From contig NW_024704742.1 of NCBI RefSeq assembly GCF_018977255.1, positions 30,568,001 through 30,632,000 on the forward strand: a stretch of DNA of 64,000 nt, read 5' to 3'. Numbering within the stretch: position 1 is the first letter of the stretch; each line of letters opens with the position of its first letter. Positions 52,738 through 64,000 of the stretch are shown here, piece after piece. Both the position numbers and the translations under genes were made by a program. The notes beneath the pieces were generated by a model. That model was not told the DNA's origin. It saw only the letters and a list, made by a program, of their open reading frames with translations, and made no database searches. Source of the stretch: Callorhinchus milii (taxonomy: Eukaryota).

Positions 52738-53269
52738 CTAAAGTTTCCATTCTTCATCTAAATAAGCACTGGGCTTAAATATAAGGTAACCTCCAATGGG
52801 ATTCATTCATAAGGACGGAAACAGTCATTCCAACCTGTGAGAATTCTGCTCCAAAAGAAGATTCATCCACAAAATATGCAGTCAATTCACCTTGCAGTAT
52901 ATTCTGTGAAGTGCTTTGAGATGATTAGAAAACGTAATAAGGTGCTATATCAAATGCAAGGATTATTATTATTATTTTCTCATAGGAGTGTAATTCCCAC
53001 TGTCAGTATAACATACTTTGTTTCATTATTCAGAAATCATATCAGAAATTGCTACATACTGTATTGGACCTTGTTTACTTTATTGAAAAAAATGTTTGTT
53101 TGTAGAGCTGGAAGAGCGAAACATTGCTTATACTGACTTCACCAAATGAAGTTTTGTTTTCTTGTCCTTTGACTATGTGGGTTCGCATCAGTCCTTAGAT
53201 TTCCAGCTTGCCTGATGTTTGCGGCATTAAAAAAAAGTAAAATGCTTAAATATCACCAATTATATAAAA

Positions 53270-53570
53270 TCGTCCTTCAGGGGAGACGTTAAACCAAGGT
53301 CCATCTGCCTGTTCAGATGGACGTTAAACAACCCATGGCACTGTTCGAAAAGAGAAAGGAATTTCTCCCAGGGTTCCTAGCCAACAATTCCCCAAATAAA
53401 ATTGGTCACTCATTTCATGGCTGGTTGTAGCAGAACTGCTATATGCAAATAGGCTGCTGCATTTGCTTACAAATACACAGTCACTACACTTTACAGTAAA
53501 ATCCTGTGAAACACTTTGCGATATCTCAATGACGTAATAAGGCACTACATCTATGCAAGTATTATTATAT
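53270..53570 (+). mobile_element. 5'-truncated Deu-domain SINE
   Basis: gagacgttaaaccaaggtccatctgcctgttcagatggacgttaaa followed by the shared tail. Confidence 0.8.
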
Positions 53571-55819
53571 CATGTATTATTTAAATCTGTATGCAGCAAA
53601 GACAAGACAATTGCTGATGCTAACATCTTACTGGACTGATGGATTCAGTCACCTTGACTTTTAAATACATGAGTTAGCTTATTTTATTGGCCATTTAAAG
53701 TCTTACATTGCCTCTCAGTTGGATTTTAGGAATTGTTTCACCTTGATCAATTATTCCCTTTTTTAAAAATATTCAAATTAACATGGTTAATGTACTTGCG
53801 GGTGGCCCTAGATGACCTCTGAATAACTTAGAGTACAGTACTTAGAGATCAATGGTTTTAGTTCATTTTGAACTCATTAAATTGCCCTTCTTTGATCTGC
53901 TCCTGCATTGTAGATCAAGTCTTTTGCTGGGTGATGGCCAAGCAGTCTGGGATCAGGTCATCCTTTCAGGCTGCCCATGGCCTGCAGCACGAGAAACAAA
54001 GATAAAATAATTATAATGGGATGAGACGTACTTCTGGGGTATGCCTATTTTAAATAAGTATTTCATCTGCACTGCCTGGCCAGCAATTCAAACATTCCAA
54101 TTATAGCCCTTTTTTCTTCTGAAATAGTCTTGTTGGTAATGAAGCTTTCTAATTCTAATTCTCTGCATACTGGATTGCTTGATACGCTGCTCACCTTCCA
54201 AGCAAGATGTTTAACAGTGACTTAAAAATTCCCTGAAGGACTTTCAGTTCGTGAGAACCCTTGAGCTTGTGGCTGAATAAGGAAGACAAGTACAGGTAGT
54301 AATGGAAAGGATAAGAGTGGAGTCCTCATCCTTTTCAAGGTATTCTCCACCTGGTTTATAATTTTCAGATATCATCTCTCCCTATCTCACGTTTGCCCAC
54401 AAAACACACGGCCAATCTACTTGACAGTTTATCCTGTTAAGTACTCCAAGACTTAACCTATAGTATTGAAAGGCATTATATAAATGCAGCTTCTTTCATC
54501 TGTTTCCAGGACACTGTGCACTCAGATCGATTCAGACAAGTCAGAATCTGAATTAAGACTACATGCAGAGCAAGGGAGATCTTCTCTACACGACCAAGAA
54601 ATATCAGTCAATTCACTTTACAGTATATTCTGTGAAGCGCTTTGAGATGTCTCAAAGATGTGATGAGACACTGTATCAAATGCAAGGATTATTATTATTA
54701 TTATGAAGAAACTAAACACCACTCCTTCCCTCATTTTCCAGCAAAAAATCCGCTGAGGCATTCAAGCATTGTGCATCGGGAGCAAAACAGGAGTAAAAGA
54801 AAAGTTCAAATCTGCAAGCATTCTGTCTATCCAGAACAGTGAAAGCGTTAAATATCCTGTGGCTCTATTCAAAAACAAGAGGGAGTTTCTCCCGGTGTTG
54901 GTCAACAATCACTAGGGCAAAGTGGATCATTCATGGCTGTTTGTAGAACATTGGTATGCGCAAATTGGCTCCCGCTTCCTCCCCTACCCGCCCAAAACAC
55001 AATCATTACACTTTACTGTATATCCTGTGAAGTGCTTTGAAATGTCCCCTGACATGGGGTCACATGAATATACAGGATATACTATACCAAATGTAAGGAT
55101 TATTATTTGTTTACATATATTCTTTTCCATCTGCTGGTAGTAGAAACCCAGTAAAAAGGGTGAGAAATGATCAAACGTACCAAATATGCTGAGCAATTTA
55201 ACAAATAAAGGAAACTCTTAGGTTATTGGAATTGCTCAGAATATAAAATAGTGAATGTAATGTGGCTCAATTAGATTGAAGTGCATTTTAGGAGTAAAGA
55301 GTGAATGATAAAACACATATTCCAAGAGGCACCACAGGAAAAAGAGGACTGATAGTAATTTCATTAACTCAGTGAACAAACAAGAGGCCATCTCAGTGAA
55401 GTCAGTGTAAAAGTGGGAGAGATGTGCTGCCACAGTACCTAAATTTGTATTCACGCACAGCGATGGCATGAACAGGTTTGGCTGAAAGGAAGGATTTATG
55501 CAATAATTTTTTCAGGAGGTTATTAACAAATTGTTCGAATTTGATAAAGATCATACTTAGGTCCACTTGCATCTGTCACCTTGCATAACCACACAACATC
55601 ACAGATTCGATTTATGAAGAGCATTTATGTGTTTTAACCTTGTTTCCATATCTATATTGGTACAAATTTATAAACATACGAGTTGAAAACAGCAATCAAA
55701 ATCCCCGTTAATAAGATGACTTTTGAAAGGCTTACGATGATATACAATTTTTCAAATTTACAAAGGTTCAATGTAATAATGGGCCATATTTGAAAGGACG
55801 CTCAGTTTCCAACCATATT

Positions 55820-56240
55820 ACTGAACATAGTCGGTTGCACTATCACCTCTGAGTCAGACGGTTGTGCGTTCAAGCCCCCCCCCATTGGGAATTGGGCAGT
55901 CACATAAACTAGTTAGACACTCCAATGCAATGCTGAGAGTGGGGTGCTGCATTGTTCTGTCCTTCGGATAAGACATTAAGGTCCTATCTTCAGATGGATG
56001 TTAAAGATTCCATCGGCACTATCAAAAAGATATGGGAGTTTCTCCCAACATCCTTGCCAATAATGCCCCCAAATAAAATTGGTCATTCACTCCAAGGCTT
56101 TTTGTGGGACACTGCTGTTTGCAAATTAAAACATTTACAGTCACTATACTTCATGGTAAATCTTGTGATGTGCTTTGAGACGTTCTCCCAGTGTGAAAGG
56201 CGTCCTATCAAATGTAAGAATCACAGTATTATTATTTTAA
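55820..56240 (+). mobile_element. Deu-domain SINE
   Basis: tRNA-like head (gagtcagacggttgtgcgttcaagccc), Deu core and tail. Confidence 0.75.
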
Positions 56241-56664
56241 CAGCTCGAATGTTGAAATGGAAATCTGATGAGTAGAAGGAGAAGTGAGAGAATGTGTTCT
56301 CAAACATGTGGTAAGAGCATTCGACTGTTACATCTTTAGCACTTACACTGCAGGTTGGTTTAATGTAATGACAATACAGCTGATTTTAAATCATTTTTCG
56401 AGCATTTGAGCTCAACAAACTCTGCCATCACGATAGACAGGTGCAAAACTGAGTTTTCATATATTCTGATATTTTTACTCCTCCCAAACTGCTCCTAACA
56501 GTGTTAGCCAAGATACTAGGAGAAACTGCCTTCCTCTTTTCAATTAGTCTCATATGTAAGGCTGTTCAGGTGGAGAAAGCCTCAATTTACAGCCGCGCCC
56601 TGATTTCCAACAATGGAGGAATTGTCCAGTACTGCATGGGACTGCCGGCCTAGATCATAATGCT

Positions 56665-56990
56665 TCGCAAGTGAGAGGACCCGGATTCGATTCCTGCGCA
56701 GGGCAAAATCTTAGGCAAGTTTCCTTACTCCAGATGCCTCTGTTTATCTAGCAGTAAGTAGGAATCCGCTTGTTGGTGGATTGCTTTCGGGGGGCAATAA
56801 TTCCTTCAAAAAAGAATAATTTGGCACTCAATCCTCAACTGTTGGGGACACTGCTGTGTGCAATTAGCTGCCGTGTTTCACCCACAAAATATACAGTCAA
56901 TTCACTTTGCCATATACTCTGTGAAGCGCTTTGAGACATCTCAACAACGTGATAAGGTGCCATATCAAATGCAAGGATTATTGTATTATT
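56665..56990 (+). mobile_element. Family-A tRNA SINE
   Basis: B box ggattcgattcc, ggcaagtttccttactcc body and tail caaatgcaaggattatt. Confidence 0.8.
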
Positions 56991-58281
56991 ATAACCTCAA
57001 AGAGCAGCTTTCAACCCAGAATCTTCTGACCACTATCTAATTCCCACTATCTGATTTAAACAGAAAATAGCAGCGCACGCACACTACTTATTAACACAAG
57101 CCCAGTGTGAATCTCTAACTCCTGCATTTGTACCGATTGTGATATCAACATGTGAGTACTTTCACTCTAAATCCTGAACACAGTAGGTAACTCTACACTG
57201 ATTTCAGGAATGAAAACATCCAGTTGCAGCATAAGTAGAGCCTTGCATACACAAGCTGTGCCGAAAAAGGTTTTTGTTTTGCTGACCACAGGAGTGGCGA
57301 TCAAACAGAGTTTAGAAATGGATGAGGTGTAATTTAAAACTTGTGGATTTGACCCTATTCATCGCCATTCAGCTACTGTTTGAGTGAGCGAGACAATGAC
57401 TCCAGAGGACTTTGCTATGAAAGAAGAGGACTTCATACTGTCACCATTGGGAAAACTGGGAATCCATTTATTTTTAAGTTTTCTGAAGTCTCTACTTATT
57501 TACACTGGACACAATGGTTTCACTGGGCACTTGTGATTCCTTGTACAGCATTAGAATAACAATATAAATATTTGAACATTTCTTTTATCTATTTCAATTC
57601 CTAACTTGTTGATCAAAATCCCTACTAAGTTGCATCCATTTCATGGCTATTTCATTTTAGGAATGGAAGGCTAAGCATTAATGTGTCCTATATGAACAAA
57701 GATAGTCAGTGGTTCAAGTACTATAGATCCAAGCCATTGCAGCTAGGATTGCTTCCACACAAGTTTATGGTAGTAATGGATTAATGATAAGAATAGGAAT
57801 TATTCAAAAACATGCCAATGTCCATGCAAATATGACAAAGTTGAAACTGTTCTAGTTATTTCTATATAGTTGTTTAGCAAATGGGGGTGCTGTTCGGCGG
57901 AGGAAAGTGCAGCCAAAGACTTTAGGTACTTTAAGCTTCAGTTTGACTCAGTTAGTCCTGGCTGACCTTAAGACAACTGAGCATGTCTTGTAAGTTGGGG
58001 ATGTCCTGTATTTCAGTGAGGGAGGAAGTAAGGGAGTGAAGAGGAAGGGAGTAAGAGAGGGAATGGAGAGAAAGTTAGGAAGAGAGGAAGAAATTGTGGG
58101 GGGAAATTAGAAATAATAATGATAATGCTTGTACTTTAATATAGAACCTTTTAAGTCAGGAGACACCTGAAAGGTGCTATATCAAAAGACAAACATGATT
58201 ACATTTCATATTTCACATTTCTCCCCTCACTCTCAAAGTGCTTCACATGATTCACTGTAAAGTATAGTGACTGTACTTTGT

Positions 58282-58835
58282 ATAACAACAACAACAATAA
58301 CTTGCATTTATATAGTGTCCTTCATGCAGGGTAGTGTCTCGGAGGGCTGCACAATGGTGGAGTTTAATACTGAGCCAGGGGATGAGGTGATGTGACAGTT
58401 ATCTTGGTTGAAGAGGAGAGTTTTCAGGTGTGATTTAGAGACAGGTAAAGAGGGGGCAAGACGGAGGGATTGAGACAGGGAGTTCCAGAGATGGACAAAA
58501 GGGAGTGAGAAAGTAAAGACTGGAGAGATGAAGTGAGAGAGGAAATGAGGAAGTGAGAAAAGAAATGAAGGGGAAATAAGGAAGGGAATGAGAAACTGAG
58601 GAGAGAAAAAGTGAGGAAGGAAGGGAATGAGGAAGTGAGTGAGGAAGTGAGAAAGACAAGAGGACATTGACAGTTGAAACATACAATCACTTTAGTGATC
58701 TCTACGGCAAGGTGTTAGGACTGCACTTCAGGAGAGGAGATAACATGAGAGTGGAAAGGATTAGAGATGACTAAAGAGAGGAGAGAGGACTGGAGAGAGG
58801 GAAGAGAACTGGAGAGGACAGAGGACTGGAGAGAC
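58282..58835 (-). mobile_element. Reversed L2 3' end running into a GA-rich low-complexity tract
   Basis: (aac)n tail at 58283, LWNSL...LKTLLF on the minus strand, purine-rich 58500-58835. Confidence 0.7.
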
Positions 58836-60713
58836 AAAATAAACATATCCAAATTACGGGAAGCTACAATTTGTTTTAAAAAATTGTATCTGAAAGAAAC
58901 ATTACAGACAGGTAAGAATCTCTGTGCAGTCACTACAGTGCACATGTGATCAAATCAATTTGAAAATAAGACATCTGGCAATACTTCCAGGAGAGAAGAA
59001 CAAACAAGTAAATGTGTTTTAGGCTTTTACATTCCTTAAATTTACAAGGTAATTGCAAACCAAACAAGGTGGGAGTTATTCAGAGCATCACTATATTAAG
59101 ACATTGCACATTTTAGCTGCTCAGTTGGTTGACTCTGACAGTGATACAATGTAAATGAATTTAATTATTCACCTCAATAAACTGCGGAATATTTTGATTA
59201 CGAGAATAACACAGCAGTGAATTGTTACAATGAGAATATCAGTAAAGACGAATGTACAAAGGAGGACACACAACATGACTGGGAGGTTCACTGAAAGGTA
59301 AGCTGATGAGCGAGATTGTTCACGTAACTCACAGTTACTATTCCGCACATCATTGAGCCCCATTTTTTCATCTTCTTCCAGCCAGACACTACACAGAATT
59401 AAATGGATTTTCTAAACACTTAATAAGATTGAACTTCTACAACCTTTCTTTTAAAATAAATTATTTATTACAACAGTGATCTGGGCTTTCCTGACTATGT
59501 CCTAGGAAGCATGGAGTGGAGTGCAAGGTACTGGTCCATGACTTCGGGAATAGTTGTGTATGAAGCGGTGAGGGCAAAAACATTGTTAGGGCAGATAATG
59601 CAATGCCACAGTTACATGCCACTGAGAGCTGCAGTATTGAGGCCACTTCTGAAAGTCAATTGAGGGAGTAGATTCCCAGATATAACTGTATGCACTCCAA
59701 GGCATTGATAATGCATCAGCGATCTGAGATTGGAGAGGAACAGACCAGTTACTGGGTGAAGGGGTTCTTCACATTCAATTCCAGTTAGTTCTGCAAGCCA
59801 AAATCTTAACAGGTTAGGGTGGTCGTAACTGGACAAACAGTGGGAAGCTTGCCAGTGTGTTTGCAATGGCAAACTGTACAGCTTTGGGCGGTTGAACTGC
59901 AAAAGTACCCTATTACACCCTATGGATTCCCCACCCTTGGCTCCTGCCAACCTGCACCTAAACATTCATGGATTAGGTGAGCAGGGTGTGTGCCTCCAGG
60001 GTGGGGGTAGGAGGGTGACTAAAGGCGCAGTTGAAGAGGAAGGTCTTGAGACAGACTTTGGAAGAGGTAAGTGAGGGGCTGACTTCCAAAGGATATTTAC
60101 AGGTATCTACAGAGCTCTCCTCATGAGAGTTTGACAGCCAGTGAAAGACAAGAAGCTGAAATGTACACAAGGGAAAGTGAACCCAGTTTAAATCACCAGT
60201 TGTGTACCCAGTACAGCAGAATTAGCGCAAGGTTATATTTGTCCACTCGTCTCCCTGGAAACTGTGCTTTTTATTCTGTACGCTTGGATCAGACTGACCT
60301 AAGTTGATGCCAGACATGCAGAGAAAGCCTATTGACTCGAGGGACACACAGTAAATGAATGTTGAAAGCAAGCAGATGATAGATACCACAAGAAATTTTC
60401 AAAAGCTACACACTTTGCCTCAGTGGAGCTGGGATTTGATTTTTAATTTGAAGTTCTGTTCGAGGGAATTGAGAGTCTGTTATACCTGTTCCCCTTCCCT
60501 TGCTGACAAAGGCCCAAGCACACCGAGTGCTGCATCTGATGGAGTGTGAAAGGTGGTAAATTAGAAACAACATGCAGCAAATAAAAGCTAGCTTTCACAG
60601 GCACATTGGAAAGGTTGACAGCCACCACAATGTAATTTTCTCAATCCTAAACATAGTTTTTTATGGATGATTGGATGCGAGTTTGTCTCCATTCTAATAT
60701 GTGTGCATTTAGG

Positions 60714-61080
60714 TGTCAGCCTGGCTCAGTGGTAGCACCTTCTGAATCAGAAGGATGTGGGTTCAAGCCCCAAGTCGGGACTTGGAACTCACCGTCTGGT
60801 TTGACGCTCCAAAGTAGTGCCACATTGTTGGAGCTGCCTCCCTTCAGATGAGACATTAAATTGAGGTCCCGTCTGTCTGTCCAGGTGGATTTAAAGATAC
60901 CACTATTTCAAAAGAGAATTTTTTCCTGGTGTCTTGGCCAACAATCCCCCAAATAAAGTCAGTCACTTATTTCACTCACTTCATGGCTGTTTGTGGGTCA
61001 ATACTAATAGCTGTTTGAAAATTGACTGCTGTGTTCACGTAATAAAATATACGGTCATTACATTTCACAGTAAAATCCAA
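60714..61080 (+). mobile_element. Near full-length Deu-domain SINE
   Basis: gtcagcctggctcagtggtagcac (A box), gggttcaagccc (B box), cagatgagacattaaattgaggtcccgtctgtctgtccaggtgg (Deu core). Confidence 0.85.
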
Positions 61081-61911
61081 GAATTTTTTTTATCATTGTT
61101 TATTTTATTATAAGCAGGATCAAAATAAACATAAATAAATTATTCTCTCATGATCCTACCACCTATTGCAGCATTGTCAAGGTACAGCACTCAGTCACTT
61201 CACTCACTCTGCGATGAACCAGGAGATTGTTTTTAACCATGATTCTTAATCTTTATTACCGCTATCATAATGAAAATTAAACAGCTGTGTGCTTGACAGT
61301 GAGTTGATATGAATCCAGTTTTTTTGTGACAGGTAGCATCTGCCTGCAGACTTATAAAATGAGCCTCACCATCTTTAAATTTACTAAAGGTAAGTATAGT
61401 ATAGTCAGTGATGAGAAAAGTCAGCCAATGAAATTCATTCCTCCAAATGCTTTACGCAACGGTGGAAGCCAAAAGGTTTGACTTCTAAGAGAAGCCTTCC
61501 AGTTATTAAACAGCTCAATGGGCTGAGTAGCAGCCTAGGGACCAGAGGCTTTAGGTTCAAATCCCGCTAGGTTCTTTCAGTTCTGCACACTTTGAACATG
61601 ACGTCTAAAAATATTCCCGGGGTTGCTCTTGTTGAAGCATTATTTCAAGAGATTTAACTATTCTGTGCTCAAAGGGAGCTAAAAGATACAGTGCCATCCT
61701 ATATGGACAACTGGTGTGAAATACCTTACGCTCTGTAGGTGCAAGTTACGTGGTTGCTATTATATGTAAACACATTCACAGTAAACAGGGCTTATAAAAG
61801 CATAAAATCAAAACGTTCCCATAATCTAACACCAGAGGTGATGTTTTCATAAAATGAGTGAAATGTTTGGATGCAGGATAGGTTAAGTACCATTTTCTAT
61901 TATTAAAGTAA

Positions 61912-62275
61912 AATAATAATAATCCTTGCATTTGATATATTGCCTTATCAGGTCGTTGAGATGTCTCAAAGTGCTTCACAGAATATATTGTAAAGTGGAT
62001 TTACTGTGTATTTTGTGGTAGCCAAAGTGGTAGCCAATTGCGCACAGCAGTATCCCACAAGCAGTCGTTTTTTTGGGAGGCTTCCTACTCCCGTAAAGCA
62101 ATCCACCAATCGATTAACAACCGGGTTCCTACTTCCTACTAGGTAAACAAAGGCGGATAGAGTAAGGAAACTTGCCTAAGGTTTTCCCCGCCTGGGAATT
62201 GCCTAAGGCTTCACCCCCCCACGGGTCCTCTTACTTGCAAGGCGAGTGAGCTAACCACTACGATACAGGATTCCA
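61912..62275 (-). mobile_element. Family-A tRNA SINE
   Basis: Full reversed tail, body and head. Confidence 0.85.
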
Positions 62276-63651
62276 CTATAATGTAAGTCAATTAGAATAG
62301 GTCAAATGGAGATTGTTAAAGTTGACGAATAGGAGAGACTGAAGAGGAGAGACTGGCGAGAATGAAAGAACCTTGAATCGTCATACCTCCTTTTCAAATC
62401 GCATCTACATAATCCTTACAATTGATACAGTGCTTTTCACATTGGGATGAGGTCTTGAAGCTCCTTACAGGATATGCCTTAAAATGCAGTCACCTTGTAT
62501 TTTGTAGGTGAATGTACAGGCATATTGTATTTAATTTGCTTATATTGGTTATTTGTGATAATTATTACAGCAAGACAGACACTCTATTATTGTTTCATTT
62601 GGGTTTGTTACAGTCAGATTGGGGTTTCATGCAGTCATACTGATTGGCTGAAAACATGCCATACTGCCCAATGTCAGTCCACTGAAACAGAAATGGTCCT
62701 GATTTGTGCTGCACTTTGCGACCCTCAATGATATGATAAGGCGCTATGTCAAATGCAAGGATTATTATTATTTATCATTATTAATCAAAGTAATCTCTCT
62801 ATACCCTACTGCAGTTTTGCTTCAAAATGTCTCACGAATATTAAATTCAACTGCAGTAATCTTCTGCTATAGTATAAACAAGTAGTTATATAAAAATATA
62901 TTTACCAATATTGACATAAATGTACAAAGGATGCTGGATCACAGTTAAATAATCAAGCAATTTATGATTTATTAGTTAAAATAAATAGTGTTAACGGAGG
63001 TGTATATTTGTTTTAAGCAATCATTTCTGAAATAGCTTTTTGATCTTTGAGTGTGCCTATTTAACATCCTGCATCACAATTATTCCAAGCTATAAAAAAA
63101 ATCTGTAGGCATCACCTTGTGCTGAATGACAACTGTTCTGTACAGTATTAGGCATCTCTCATTATCTACTATGTTCCTGCAACACTGTTAACATATTCAC
63201 ATAGCAGGAGGGCTGGCTGAGCTCCGCAGGTAAACTATCTCTTATTCAGGCCAGAAATGGTCTCAGGGACACCGACACTATTATTAACTAACAGAACATT
63301 AGCAAATCTCTTTACGCTACTCTAAAGATCAACAAGATTGTGTTTGCAACTAAATAAATCGGTGTTCATAAGAAACATCTCTTTGGTATTCTCTACGTAT
63401 TGGTTTTACATTTGCCGTTCACAACTTTTAGATCCATGATTTTATCATGCGTTATTCAACATAATTTCCACACAGATGCACATTTATTATGAAACTACCT
63501 GCACAAGGATCATATACATCCATCCATCAATTATCATTGCCATGAAAATTTTAACCATCATCAGATCAGGCACCACCTTTTTAATAGAAATAACTAGCCG
63601 ACAGAAAAAAGCTTCACCATTATCTGTCTTCCTTCCCATTCCTGATCCTGG

Positions 63652-64000
63652 TCTGCCTAGCTCAGTTGGTATCACTCTCACTCCCAAGTCACAAGGTTGT
63701 CCACCACATCAAACCCCACATCGGGATTGAGAGCTCACAATTTAGGCCAACACTCCAATGCAGCGTGCTTCATGGTCCTTCAGTGAGACTTTAAATCAAG
63801 GTCCTTGTCTACCAGTTCAGTTTGCTGTTAATGATCCCATGGCAATATGCAGAAAGAAAAAAGTGCTTCTCTTGATTCTGGCCAACAATCCCTCAGCTAA
63901 AATTTGGTCATTCACTTCATTGCTGTTTGTGGAACATGGCAAATTAGCTGCTGCATTCATGAATAAATACACAGAACCAGCACTATTCTGCTTATGCCAG
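63652..64000 (+). mobile_element. Deu-domain SINE at the window edge
   Basis: ctagctcagttggtatcactc head, ggccaacactccaatgcag and gatcccatggca core. Confidence 0.75.

Noticed and set aside
61208..61255. Minus-strand VKNNLLVHRR with a gtgagt donor, as a candidate upstream PH exon
   Set aside because: In-frame stop immediately upstream, weak acceptor and poor motif match.

Overview
Vertebrate genomic DNA, most likely a cartilaginous fish such as a holocephalan (inferred from the abundant Deu-domain SINEs, tRNA/CORE-like SINEs, L2, CR1 and Penelope-like relics). The window appears to lie inside the 5' part of a minus-strand INPP4B gene (inositol polyphosphate 4-phosphatase type II). Four coding exons have canonical AG/GT sites and compatible phases: 40610-40694, 20407-20619, 18026-18070 and 9612-9730. 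They splice into a 154-aa open frame: [154 protein letters not shown]. The main finding is that the frame stays open for at least 73 residues upstream of the Met equivalent to the mammalian start (MEIKEE). That extension reads like the C-terminal half of a PH domain of the invertebrate-INPP4/PLEKHJ1 type, suggesting an ancestral PH-C2-phosphatase architecture that canonical mammalian INPP4B lacks. The rest is intron densely filled with retroelements, including a solo LTR with a 4-bp TSD inside a SINE, nested and tail-to-tail insertions, and a ~624-bp tandem duplication. Repeat boundaries are approximate, and family names come from recalled consensus motifs, not database searches.
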